Notes: generated by a model not told the origin, from the sequence alone. DNA of 64,000 nucleotides from Andalucia godoyi And28 (GCA_009859145.1 VRVR01000040.1:35211-99210); one strand, 5' to 3'; numbered from the stretch's first letter, positions 23,418 to 35,427 are shown. Numbers and translations: made by a program.

Positions 23418-23974
23418 CCGTTGTTCCCAGTAAAATAAACAAGCCACACAGAAAAAGAAGAAAGAGACAGAGACAGAGAGGGAGGGGGACAGAGAGAGAG
23501 AGAGAGAGAGAGGAAAAAAAGATGTATATGAAGGAAAAAGAACCAAAACTTTGAGAAGGATAAAGAGGCCAAAAGAATGTCGCTGACTCGAAACTGAGAC
23601 GCAATAAACTGGCAAGACAAATACAGAAATCAGCATTGTCGTACACGGCAAACAGAGAGGAAAGCACTGAAACTCAAATTGGCAAATCAGCGGGCAATTT
23701 CAGAAATTGTCGTCGTCAGTGGTCGACACTCAACAGTGTTAATCATTTTTTTGGAATTTAAAAACGCCCGACTCAGAATTGCCGATAAAGGAGATGTTTT
23801 TCTTCTTTTTTACATTACGGCCGTTGGGATGAAAAGAATGGTGTTTTCTGCATGCAGGAAACAATAGGTGACAGGATTGGGCAAGTGCACGCAGACGGAG
23901 TATCTGCAAAGAAGCAAGCAAAGTGCGAGGGGGAAAAATAGAAAAACAAGATGGATCCACGGGGTTGTGCGAGA

Positions 23975-26792
23975 TTAATAGGATGCGATGAACGAAACGT
24001 CCGGTAAACTGGGTCTGCGACCGCTGGAGCTTGAGAACGAGCCTAACGATCCCGATCGAGACCTTGCAGCTGCGATTGCATTTTTGATTCTGCCGATTTT
24101 TCCTTGACGAACCGAGATCTCGTTCGTAACCACAACTTCTGCAGACGAAGCCTGATCAGAGACGAACCGTGGATCGTTCCAAAACAAGGGCAGCCAGATT
24201 CCAGCCCATCGACCCGGGTCCACATTATTGATTGTGCTCACATCGTCCCGGGCATGGAACCGCGCATTGTACTTCACGGACATCTTTCTCCACTTTGATT
24301 TTCCACGCTTTGATCGCAGCTTCTCCGACTCGACAACCCGCAATTTATGACCGTCAATCGCGACCGCAATAAACCACGGTAGCAGCACAGCAAGACTCTG
24401 CGACTTCTTCTCGTCCAGGTCCGTCACCGTTGTGTTGTCGTACGTATGGAACAGGAGTCCCTTGACAAACGCTTCGCGGGCTCTGCAACTTCCGAAACGA
24501 TAGTCTGCTGTGTTGACTGGGTTCACCAGCATTGCATTTTGTCCCCGGCGGCGCAGCACACCGTCCCAGTCAAACGAATCCGAGTCGACTGGCAGTGTGG
24601 TGTCATCGCGGAAGTTGAATGCCCATGTGTGGATCCACAACGCATTGAGTTCTGCAGTGCCCCACGGAAAGTCCCACATCACAAAAGATTCGAATCGCCA
24701 CACGTGGTGCATTCCAAGAAGGACTCTTTCGTACGACTGCACGTTGCCAGGCTCTGCAGCACCTTCTACCCCATGCATCAGAGCAGCCAGAGGCCCCACC
24801 TCGCCAAGCTGCAGATATTCATGATAGGTCGCAGACGACATGACGCACTGCGACGCCGGCCACTGCGAGGCAAGAAACCGCAGCTTGGGCACCGCATCTG
24901 CGTTGCAGAGTACTCCGGAAAACAAGAGATGGCCGTAACCATCCACAATCACCTGCGAGTTATCGTCGATCGTAATCGACTCCAACGACTTCAGCGTGTC
25001 GGTATCCAGCAGCACGATCACACCGCGTTGCACGTGGAGCCATCGCAATGAGCGCATTGCAGACACTCGGACAACCGCACAGTCTCGCGACGTCTTCCAG
25101 TTCACCCCAGGCATAGCAAAAGCGTGCTCCAGAAGCGCATGCTCGTCCGGCGGGTATGAGTAAAATGCAGTTGGAGGACACATGGCGCTGCTGGTGGAGA
25201 AGGCGCTGACGCAGAGGAACTCGATCCGGAATCCAGAGGGAGGATGAACAGTCTTCAAATCCACATGTAGCGACGCCTGTCTGATCACAACATTGCATAA
25301 CAGCACCTCCTTTCGTGCTTGTTCGTGAAGGGAACTGCTGCTAGTGGAATAAGGTGCGTGTTCGTATTGACCACCGTGATGTTTCGTGCTGTGTGTGCAA
25401 GCCGAATAGTAGAACACTGGGTCAAGCAGTGGTCGGATGAGCTCAATATCGACTGCATCTTCCATGACGGACGACGATACGAGTGCAACTTGCTCACCAC
25501 AATACTTGATCACCGGGAACGAATGGAAACAGAAGTCTCGCGCCCACAGGGCATGCCCAACGAGTCCGAGCTCGTTCACCACGCAGCACGGGTTTCTTCT
25601 TGAGAATCTCGAGCTTCCAACATCAACGCCAGTCCGGATCCGAAACAGCGGCGGCGGATACTCGACAAGGAGATTACATGAAACGGACACTTGCTGCAAC
25701 CGGCGGCACTGCATCAAGTCTGCTCGGAATGGCCGCATCATATCTGGCACACAGAACCGTACCACTCGCAACCTCGGCACATACTTGCCCACATCTACGC
25801 CTGGCGCCCCAAGGACGAGATCGCGATTATCTTTCGTCCTGACTATCATTCGTTCAAGATCGACCAAGCGCTCCAGCTGTGCACTCGAGTCCTCGTGCAC
25901 AATCAGACACGCATATTGATTCAACGCACAAAACACACCCCTCAATCTCGCACACTCCTTGATCACCACCACAATCGACTCCTCAGCTGCTTCCGCTATT
26001 CCCATTTCAAACCATTCTTCTGCCACACCATCGTCTCTACCATCTAACAATGCATTCGAACGATTGCGATGTCGAGGACGACGAGGAAGAACATTATGGT
26101 ACAGCCGGCGCCCCGACGATCCAGGTGATGATAGATAGGAAATATGTTGCAGCGGACGTTGAAAGTCGACGACGTGCAGCTCCTCGAGAAAGGGTAAGCG
26201 TTCAACATGCACTTCGCTCAATGCATCTGCAGCTAGCTTACCCGAAATCACAAGTCGAGTCAACATTTTCGGATCACACAATCGCGGGAGCCAATTATGC
26301 AGCGACGAAGCAGACGTTCCGCAGTCCACACGCACACTTGACGCACAAACGATTCGTTGCTGCTGCTTTTTCTTGTTGTTGTTACTGCTGCTGCTGCTGT
26401 TGCTCCTGCTGCTATTGCCGTTCTCCTCTCTTTCCACAAAACCCCCATTTCCTGCGTCAAGTGACGAGGGGAAAATGGGGAAGGCACGGGACAAGAGAAG
26501 AGAATCAACATCACAATGGACAGATTTCGGTCGAATCAGCTTGTCGAGGCCGTCGGCATGCAAGGTGCGCAGTGCGCGTTCATGCAGACACGAAATGAGG
26601 ATCAAGAGGTTTGGAAACTGCGTTCGCATGGCCTCGAGCGTCGGTCTCCAGCGCACATAGTTCTCCGCGGTCCTGTCTTCTGGCGCCTCCTCCTCCTCCT
26701 GCTCCACCCGCGCCACCAAACCAGTCGTCGTCGTAGATCCTGATGCAGATGATGATGGTGGTGATGAGGGTGTTGCAGAAGAAATAGACCCC

Positions 26793-26845
<53 letters not shown>

Positions 26846-27631
26846 CAAAGAAGAAGAAGAACCAAAAGAAGGAGCAAGATGCGTGGCTTCTTCGTGATCC
26901 CAAAAGCCAAGCGCACCGCAGAGATGCAGCTCGACCGACGCGTAGAACCCAGTGAGCAGTCGTAGATTGTGCATCCAGCTGTCCATGTCGACTGCCGTTG
27001 TTTTCTGCAAGAGCGCGTGGACATTGGGAAGAGTAGTGGGACAGTGGACGATAAGCTTTGATGCAGCAAGTCTTTTCGAACCGAGAGAATTGTACTGCGG
27101 TGCTCTGGAGCTGGAGTCTACGGCCGCGGGGACGTTCGTGGTTGTGGCCGAGAGGGCTTGGGCAAGCAAGGGGAGTGTGGCGAGGTGGATAGCGGTGGAT
27201 TTGGGGCAGTGTGCCAGCGGGGCGTAGGCATCGAGGACAGTGGCGTACTGGACAAGCGAGGTGCACAGCGAGGTGATGCGTATTCGTTCTGCGAGTCCCG
27301 CGCCAGACGCCAAAAGGTCCGGTGTGGACGCCGCGACGGCATGGAGATGACAGACACCGAGATCCGGCGCAAAATCGACGGTAGCCGCGGTTGGCGAGAT
27401 GCCGACGGTCGTTTGAGAAAACACAAGACGCGGGTACAGTTGGTGCAGAGAATGCACTCTCCACACCGGAACCACCGTATTGTCCGCATGCACATGGGGC
27501 GCAAGCCGGCACAGCGAGTCGTAGCGCCGATTGAGACTGTGCATCGCCGACAGATCCTCAAGAGGCAGGTACTGGAGAATGCGGAAAATCACTGAATCGG
27601 GAAGGTCTGACACGGCTGAAATGTCCGACAT
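23975..27631 (-). CDS. F-box protein, 1218 aa, with degenerate LRR-like region
   Basis: N-terminal SDLPDSVIFRILQYLPLEDLSAMHSLNRRYDSLCR F-box; later LxxLxL-type segments (LPFLEELHV, LRWLHV, LKSLESITI). Confidence 0.8.
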
Positions 27632-28097
27632 GTTTTCACTAAATATTTAAATTCTTTTTTTCTCAAGCAATAACGAACCACCTCTTTTTTTAAAATCTCC
27701 TCTCATACACAAACGAACAACCTCAGGTTTCAATCTTTCTTTCTTCCCGTTCTTCTGAATTTTTGAGAGAGAGAAGGGAGGGAATGAAGGGGAAAAAACG
27801 TAAGTGAAAAAGATAATAAACGTAAGTGGAAAAAAGAATCACGGATTTTTTTCAATTTATTTATTTTATGTTTTTGATTTGGTGAATCAATGGAGCAAAT
27901 GGTAAGAACGGCAGGCACGAGCAGAATCAAAAAAGGGAAGTCCCATTTCTCGGTAAGAGCATGTGATTCGGATATCGGATGGAACGTTGGTTGATATTCT
28001 TTTTACAGCCGGTAATAAGATATTTTTACCCGTTGTTTTTTGGATTTCTCCACGTTTCTCTTTTTTGCTCTGGGGCGTTGCTCGGTGTTTTGAAAGC

Positions 28098-29780
28098 TCA
28101 GCCCGCAAATGTAATCTTCTGTTTTCCGTTTTCTTTCGCGTCCTGGTTCTCCGTTGTCTTTTGTGTACTGGAGGTGGAGGTGGAGGTGGGGGCCGGGTGT
28201 GATAGTGAGGCGGTGCAAAAGAGTGGATCCGCCTGCAAACAAGCATCAATCCATCCGTAACAATGGTTCAGTGCGTCTTCGAGAGTCAGCAGTGCGAGAG
28301 CCGACGTGAGCGGATCCGTGGATTTTTCAGCAGCGTAGCACTTCAGCGGGAAAATCGCATTCTCATTGACCCCCGTTTCCTGCGACGCATACCGGATCAT
28401 GTCTCGCACGGCTGCACTGCAGAAGGTTTGTGCGAGATCCGCGGCGGGTTGCTCATCAGTGGATGTGAGCTCGTCAATGTGGGTTATGGCGAGCCCCACA
28501 AACGGCGCGCTGCATAGCAGTGACGACGACGACGAGGACGAGGACAGTTTTGAAATATGCGACACAACTCGCTTCAGTCTCTTACAGTACTCTGCATCGG
28601 GGAGGTCGGTGGCGGATGCAACGAGAAGCACGTAGTGCACTTGCTGTCCGATGTGCCGCGGCTGTTGTAGAAGAGCATGAGAGGCCTGAAGAATCGCGGT
28701 GGTGTCAAGGGGTCGCTCGAAGCTCGTTCCGTTGGGGAGAAGCCCCGCGATGAGGAAGTCCAGCTTGATGAGAAAGTCGTCGATGGTACTTGGCGACAGG
28801 CCCATCGTGTCCCAGAATCGGACGGGCAGCCGCCGTCGTCCGCCGCGAAAACTGGTGAAATACTGGTGAAGAGCGCGGGTCACCGAGCAGCTTGTGGAGC
28901 GCTCCGATCGCGCAATCGTCATCATACGACCGCTGCATGCAGATGCAACCGTGTTGATGAAGGACGACTTTCCCGCGCCGGTTTCGCCAACGAGAAGAAC
29001 ATTCAGGTTTTCAATTCCGCAGAGCTGTCTTTCTTCTGCTGCAAAATCGCGCAGCCGACCAAGCGTATCTTGCACCAGCTTGTCATAGTCGACATCGCTC
29101 GTCGCACTGAGTTCGGGGTGTGAAAACGGCGGGATGACCGCGGCGGCACCCTCTTCTCCAACGCTTTGGTGAAGCGAGTTGAAAAAAGAGCGGCGGATCG
29201 ACGGTTCTTTTCCTACGGCATAGACATCGACTCTGCAGATCCCGCTGGTTTTCAAAGCGGCGTGGAAGAGGGAGATTTGCGGGTGGAGGTAAGACTGCTG
29301 CGATCCCGTGATGGACCATGCGTGGTTGGAAAAGAACCCGGCGTCGATGGACCCGAACGTTGGTCCATGGTTGGGATGGTCGTAGATTGCGTGGCCCGCC
29401 GTCGACGGCGCCACGGGGATGTACATATCGGGTGCACTTGGATCGTCAACGTGGACCAGCATCAGAAACGCGCGCGGATCACACACGTACTGCCCAACCC
29501 CGGCAAACCCAACAGACGTATATCCAATGACGTGACATGTGCCTGCAGCGTTGCTCGCCACGACCAACACCGCTCCGCGCCGGTCGCACTGCGCGTGGAA
29601 CGCTTGCGGCGACGGGCCGCTCACTTGTGTCGTGAAGAGAAGCTTGAAGCTCCATCTGCACTTCACACACTCGCTTAGACTCAGCTGCGTGCCCACCCGC
29701 CCTTGCAGCTTCCGCGTCATCAGCACCTGCGATTGCGCCTGCGACTCCGATTTGGCAGTTCCAAAATTTAAAGTATTCAT
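28098..29780 (-). CDS. TLDc domain + IFI44-like P-loop GTPase, ~560 aa
   Basis: TLDc-like LLFTTQVSGPSPQAFHAQCDRRGAVLVV...IGYTSVGF...DPRAFL...GPTFG; then NVLLVGETGAGKSSFINTV (Walker A) and PVRFWDTMGL (G3). The ORF-track start is a GTG; first ATG is at 29780. Confidence 0.85.
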   Translation of the reverse strand: MNTLNFGTAKSESQAQSQVLMTRKLQGRVGTQLSLSECVKCRWSFKLLFTTQVSGPSPQAFHAQCDRRGAVLVVASNAAGTCHVIGYTSVGFAGVGQYVCDPRAFLMLVHVDDPSAPDMYIPVAPSTAGHAIYDHPNHGPTFGSIDAGFFSNHAWSITGSQQSYLHPQISLFHAALKTSGICRVDVYAVGKEPSIRRSFFNSLHQSVGEEGAAAVIPPFSHPELSATSDVDYDKLVQDTLGRLRDFAAEERQLCGIENLNVLLVGETGAGKSSFINTVASACSGRMMTIARSERSTSCSVTRALHQYFTSFRGGRRRLPVRFWDTMGLSPSTIDDFLIKLDFLIAGLLPNGTSFERPLDTTAILQASHALLQQPRHIGQQVHYVLLVASATDLPDAEYCKRLKRVVSHISKLSSSSSSSSLLCSAPFVGLAITHIDELTSTDEQPAADLAQTFCSAAVRDMIRYASQETGVNENAIFPLKCYAAEKSTDPLTSALALLTLEDALNHCYGWIDACLQADPLFCTASLSHPAPTSTSTSSTQKTTENQDAKENGKQKITFAG

Positions 29781-29826
29781 ATTTATCCTTTCTTTTCCTC
29801 TGTGTCTGTCTGTGTGTGTGTGTGTG

Positions 29827-29864
<38 letters not shown>

Positions 29865-30492
29865 GAGATTTCTGCAATCTGTGTAATGCGCTCCTTGGGG
29901 CTTCACATTTGAGCTTTTCACCTGTGTGACAGTTTTCACGGTTCGGTGTTTTTTTATGATGATATGGAAGTTCTGGACGTACGGGAACCAGCCGTGTACT
30001 GGAACCTGTCTTTCCCCCTCAGATCGGTCCAGAACGAATCTTCCGACTGGAATGCTCGATTGACAGGACGACGGGGTCGATGGCCTATGAGAGCTGTCGT
30101 TGCTGGACTGGTGCTCCTACTTTCCAGTTTCGACACACCAGTCGCGAAATACAGGCAAGACCTCCGCCTTCCATCCTCTCGTCCTGAGCGACGTTTCGTC
30201 CGTTTTGGTCCAACAAAACTGAACCTCGCTGCTGGTTTTTCACTTGTCCGCGGTTTGTTCTTTCATTTCATTTTATTGTATTCTACTATCTTATATTCTA
30301 CTTTTTATTATTATAATTTCTTATTCTCCTTCCCTTTTTTGTGTTTGAATGCCCTTCGGTTTGCGTGAAGAGTCGACTAAACCGTGAAAAAAGACCTGAC
30401 GAAGAGAAGCGACAGAAGGAAAAGAAAAGGGAAAAAAACAAGGGAAAAAACGCACTCTAACAAAACAAACTGAAAAAGGCGAGAAAATAGGA

Positions 30493-31842
30493 ATGGGCGC
30501 TTCTGACTCTCGACTTTCAAATTCGAATGGGACGGTGATGGGCCAGGAGTCGACGATGATGTTTTCCCCTTCGTCTTCGTCGCCGTCTCTGTTGGTGCTG
30601 TCGAATTCGAGGACGAACGAACTTGGTGAAGAGGGTTCCGGCATGGATGATCGAGATGCTGTGGTGAAGCATTGGAGACATATCGAGCAGTCGGCTGTGT
30701 CCATCTCTGTTCTTCGCGATCGGTTTGTGGAGATGGAAAAGGAAAACAAGGATTTGAGGGAGCAGGTCAAACGACTGAATGAGCTTCTGAGTGATACGCA
30801 AGCCGAGTTGGAGCAGGCCAGGCTTGCTTCTTCGTCGTACAGTACTCCGGCCACAACTCCCATGCATGGAAATGCCATTTCCCTGGGGCCCGGGTCATCT
30901 TTAGTTTCTCTGATGAACAATGCGGATGTGAGAGTACACCCCCCGGGCTACAACAACAACAATGGCAGCGGGATGTTCTTTTCGTCAAATGCAGGAATGG
31001 GAGCGGGAACAGGAACAGGAACAGGAATGGGAACGAGCACCTCGCCAAGGAACATGAATGGAAGTATGAATATGAGCATGAACATGATGAACACAAGCGG
31101 CAGTGGTCGATACGGGTCGGGAACGGGGTCTCGGTCACTGTCGCTTGAGCCTGTCTCGAACATCCACATGCAGACGTTTACAGACAGGCTTGCGAACGCC
31201 GTCCCGGTGGTACCAATCTCGGAACCGTACGTCATTCGGTACGAGTACATGGTCGAGGGAAGTTTGGGCAGTATTCCGCTGGAGTCCCTCATGGATATGG
31301 AACAGGCTGTGTCGGATGTCGTGAGTCGAATGCACCGTGGTGGCCCCGGATCCGGTGCTGGAACTGCGTCGGTGTTGGCACCGGATTCATCGGGCACAGT
31401 AGTACTCTCATCGAACGCGGCAACGAGCAGTGTGCTGTTTGACCGAGTCGAAGTGTACTCGGGAAGCAAGTCCGACCACTGCTTGAGCAGAGAGATGTTT
31501 CCACGGTTCCTGTTTGTGCGAAAGACCGGTCGAGTGGATACTGCAAACCTGCGAAAGCGAATTGCATCGTGGGAATCGAGAATCCCGGTGTTCGTCATTG
31601 TGTTGCATCCTGCTCGGTTCACGTCGACCAGCAGCCAGGCAAGTCAGTGGCTGCGCGAATCGTACGTCGCGGAAGATTTGGCTGATCTGTCCGTGATTAT
31701 TCTCGATGCGGTGTTTACAAACTCCACGTTGCAACTCATGAAACCGCTTCCGCAGAACGACAATTGCATCAAATCCATGGCCAGATACGCGTGCGAACAT
31801 TCTCGCAATCCAATCATCAAGGATATTTCGGGGTATCTCTAA
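30493..31842 (+). CDS. Hypothetical protein: coiled coil + C-terminal alpha/beta (possibly TIR/flavodoxin-like) domain
   Basis: 449-aa ORF; coiled coil at aa ~60-110; C-terminal alternating strands/helices (FLFVRKTGRV, PVFVIVLH, IILDAVF, QNDNCIKSM). Confidence 0.75.
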   Translation: MGASDSRLSNSNGTVMGQESTMMFSPSSSSPSLLVLSNSRTNELGEEGSGMDDRDAVVKHWRHIEQSAVSISVLRDRFVEMEKENKDLREQVKRLNELLSDTQAELEQARLASSSYSTPATTPMHGNAISLGPGSSLVSLMNNADVRVHPPGYNNNNGSGMFFSSNAGMGAGTGTGTGMGTSTSPRNMNGSMNMSMNMMNTSGSGRYGSGTGSRSLSLEPVSNIHMQTFTDRLANAVPVVPISEPYVIRYEYMVEGSLGSIPLESLMDMEQAVSDVVSRMHRGGPGSGAGTASVLAPDSSGTVVLSSNAATSSVLFDRVEVYSGSKSDHCLSREMFPRFLFVRKTGRVDTANLRKRIASWESRIPVFVIVLHPARFTSTSSQASQWLRESYVAEDLADLSVIILDAVFTNSTLQLMKPLPQNDNCIKSMARYACEHSRNPIIKDISGYL

Positions 31843-32188
31843 ATTGCGATGTTGGTTTGTTTTTGTTTTGTATTGGTCGGTTTTTGGTTTTTGGTTTTTG
31901 GTTTTTGGTTGGTTTTTTTTTTTTTGGTTACTCATACCACGTGCAACTCTTCGAAGCAAGAGTAAGTTATCCGTTGCGTCACATCCCGATGGGTAGCAAG
32001 ATGTGGCTTTATCTCTCCGGTTCGAATCAAAGGCAACCTGTGTAATTCCCTTTGTTTTGTTTTTTTCCCACTCCCGCCCATATTTAATTAAGTGATGAAT
32101 AATAATGATAAAAACAACAACAACAAACAACAAACAAGGGGGAAAAAAGAGAAAGATGAAGCACGTGTACCGTTTCTGGCCACGAGAG

Positions 32189-34201
32189 CTAGACCGTCAA
32201 ACGGGTATCTGTGGACGACGGGAGAGGAGTCATCAAGATCACGATCGCCAAAAAGGCCCCTTGCTTGTTACGTAGCCACCAGATAGCAGTGGAGTAAATA
32301 ACCTTCTTGCTGTCCTTTCTCCGTATGGGGCCCATCACAGCATTCCCACGGATGCGCGAATTCGACTTGGCATCGGAAACCATTGCAAGCAGATTTTTCA
32401 GGTTCTCTTCGTTCAACTCGAGAATGTCCCAGATCTGCAAGTCACCATCCTCGAGCTCCGTTCGGGTATAAATTGAAATCTCAATCAGTGCGCTGTTGGT
32501 GAAGAAGACGTCGCCAAAACAGCCAAGGATGCAGCCAGGGAACGGGTACATTTCCAAAAACGCCTTTGCTCGCTCAACTTGCTCATTAAGAGACGGATCC
32601 GACCGGACGATCGTATCAAACTTGGGGACAACAAAATTGCCGTCATTGTCCTGATCAACAGAACCTCCCAGATAGCCTGGTGTCTTTTTCCATTGTGCAG
32701 CACTTTGCAAAAACAGTTCCTTGACCTTCTCGTCCAGCCGACCTTCATTCCTCCGCACATAGTCGCACATAAACGAACTGTACTTGATCGTCCGCGTTTC
32801 CGGATATGGACGGCACTGATTGGACGACGAGACCATGAGCCGACTTGCACCGCGATCAATCGGCGGCCGTGTATCCGGTGATTTTTCTGATGACGCTGAA
32901 GAGCCCGACCTCGACTCGTAAATGAGATCCGAATTCGAATTGCCACTCCGGGAGCCGGAACATGCATGTGCACTATTTGTGCTCGAAGACTCTGACTCAG
33001 GCGTGTGTGCATTACGCAGTTCTTTCGCGGACCGACCGAAAGCGTCCTTGAGCCCCGGCCTTTTGCCTCGGCTTCCTTCTCGAGCTTGCTGCGCGTCGCT
33101 CTCAGTTTCATCGAGAACTTCGGCGAACTCTTCATGACTCTTCGACAAGGATGACAATGACGATGCAGCCAGATGATCTTGGAAAAGCGGTGTGAACGAG
33201 TGAATCAACGGAGAAAACTCGATTTGCGAAGTGAATGTACTTTCAACAGGCTTCTCCGATGATGATGATCCCGGAACAGCCAACGGAGTGAGAATATGCA
33301 ACGGTCTATTTGTGCCTAAGCTGCCGCTCCGGCTGGACGGCGGATTTGCAGAACTGTGCATGCTGGCCACCAGCGAGGAGCCAAGCGAGCTGTGACTGCT
33401 TGGATGGACAGCGCTGAATGGAGAAGTAGAAGTGCCCATGATCGAAGATGGAAAACAAAACGAAGACGGGACGACAGATGGAGTGGAAGGACCAGAAAAC
33501 AAAGGAGCCGGCGAACCCTGCTGCAGTTGTACACTCGTCGACGAGAACACAGAATTCCAGTTTGCGTTTGCGTTTGCGTTTGTCGTTGTTGCGGTCGTCG
33601 GGGTCGTAGTCGCAGTCGCAGTCGCAGTCGATGATGATGATGATGATGACGATGATGATGATGATGATGATGACGATAAGATGGTGGAGGAAACAAACTT
33701 GGAGCCATTCACAGATGAAAACGACGATGATGGAAATGCAGAAAACGGTGAAGAAGACGAAAAGACGTTTGGATGTCTAGAAGGTGGAGACTGATCGTTC
33801 CCCACCACCTCGGCGACATCGTCATCAGAATGTCCATGACAGACACGAGTTCGCTTCGGTTTTCGTCGCTCCACAAAGGAGCATTCATGTGGGACTCCGC
33901 GCTCGATGCATCGATTGCAAGGAAATTCTCCGTTGCATTTCTTTTTCTGCGATCGGCACTGAACACAAGCCTTTGGAAGTCTTCGTCGAGGAAATCCAGC
34001 CGCTGTGTGCGAAGCCGAAGACACGACTTGCTCGGAATTTGCGTATCGTAAGCTGGCGGCCGGAAGCGAGATGGGGTTCGCAAACCCTACAGTTTGCGGG
34101 CGCAGAAACTTGGAAGAATCGAGTGCAGCGGCAATAATCGGGATTTTTTGCATTTGCGAGTGCTGTTGACGCGATTGATGGATGCCATCTTGTAGCGACA
34201 T
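32189..34201 (-). CDS. Zn(II)2Cys6 transcription factor with C-terminal PAS-like domain (paralog 2)
   Basis: CVQCRSQKKKCNGEFPCNRCIERGVPHEC has the same Cys spacing as paralog 1; C-terminal PFPGCILGCFGDVFFTNSALIEISIYT...IRRKDSKKVIY...WLRNKQG aligns with paralog 1. Confidence 0.88.
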   Translation of the reverse strand: MSLQDGIHQSRQQHSQMQKIPIIAAALDSSKFLRPQTVGFANPISLPAASLRYANSEQVVSSASHTAAGFPRRRLPKACVQCRSQKKKCNGEFPCNRCIERGVPHECSFVERRKPKRTRVCHGHSDDDVAEVVGNDQSPPSRHPNVFSSSSPFSAFPSSSFSSVNGSKFVSSTILSSSSSSSSSSSSSSSSTATATATTTPTTATTTNANANANWNSVFSSTSVQLQQGSPAPLFSGPSTPSVVPSSFCFPSSIMGTSTSPFSAVHPSSHSSLGSSLVASMHSSANPPSSRSGSLGTNRPLHILTPLAVPGSSSSEKPVESTFTSQIEFSPLIHSFTPLFQDHLAASSLSSLSKSHEEFAEVLDETESDAQQAREGSRGKRPGLKDAFGRSAKELRNAHTPESESSSTNSAHACSGSRSGNSNSDLIYESRSGSSASSEKSPDTRPPIDRGASRLMVSSSNQCRPYPETRTIKYSSFMCDYVRRNEGRLDEKVKELFLQSAAQWKKTPGYLGGSVDQDNDGNFVVPKFDTIVRSDPSLNEQVERAKAFLEMYPFPGCILGCFGDVFFTNSALIEISIYTRTELEDGDLQIWDILELNEENLKNLLAMVSDAKSNSRIRGNAVMGPIRRKDSKKVIYSTAIWWLRNKQGAFLAIVILMTPLPSSTDTRLTV

Positions 34202-35245
34202 TGATACTTCCGAAAAATTCCCTCAAAACGTAGAGAGAGAGAAACTAACAGATAGACTGTCGAATGAAGCGACGGTGAACCTGGTCCACAAATGATGATA
34301 ATGATGAAGTGATGGTCACAATTGGCAATCCACAATTATGATAACTCGAGACAGACAGAAGCCCAAGCAGTCAGGGGAAATGAAACAAGTCGACAAGGAA
34401 CGCATCCGCCAAACATGCAGAATCGAGGGAATTGCCGAATGCCGACGAATGGAAAGCGGACTACAGACGTTAGCACAACCACGGGAGAAACGACAATAGG
34501 AAGTGTTTATCCTCCAACTCAAAACCTCTCTCCAAACATTTGGCTCGCGTGCTGCGCCTCAGACAGATTATTTGGCATAAAGTGACTTTTACAATCAGTA
34601 TCAGCGCCATCCAATGAAGTTCCTCTTTTGAGTGGGACATCCGTGGGTCTGCGCAACCCCAAAACAGAAACAACCTATTTTTCTGTTCAGAGCGCTCGAA
34701 ATGCTCAATTAGTGCATTCGTTCGAAACCATTTTGGACTTTGGGAACCAGGAAAATTCAACGAACTTCTTTTATTGCCATTCCGAGCGGATATTGTATTC
34801 ATTCTGTTGATTGGCAATGGTGTGCACCACAGAGAGACAGAGAGAGAGGCCGCGGTAGGGGAATCATCGATTACAAAGGAATCGGTTGTCAATATTCGAC
34901 AGTGTCTCTCATTGGACCTCCACCTGCACACCTACTCCGCCGCGGCAACGACAACAACAACGACGGCAACAACAACGACGGCAACAGCAACAGCAACAGC
35001 AACAGCAATCTGCCTTCATTCAACAGCAATTTCAACGGCTGTAAACATATCTGCCATACTGTCCGATGATACTGTACTTCGCCAGACGTTTTGAGTCGGA
35101 GAGTGTTAAAAATAACATCGTGTCTTCTGCACGCTGAGAGGTTTTGGGGCATCACAGCCCAGAATATAAAAATAGACGACTGTTTCGTTTTCTGTTTTCA
35201 GTCTTTTGATTTCCATGGCATTATCCATTTATAGTTATTATTAGT

Positions 35246-35278
<33 letters not shown>

Positions 35279-35427
35279 GCTGTTGGTGTTGCTGTTGGTG
35301 TGGTTGTAGGTGATTTTTTTTTGTTAATTTTATTGTTATTATTATTATTATTTTTTATTTTATTTTTTTTGGTAGCACCGAAAGTCTGCGTTCATTAAGG
35401 GGAGAAAAAAAAAGAAAAGAAAAGAAA

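Noticed and set aside
34300-35160. Short ORFs (34774..35094 +, 34889..35155 -) in the long divergent spacer
   Set aside because: They are driven by (AAC/AGC)n-type repeats with no recognisable domain; probably UTR or intergenic.
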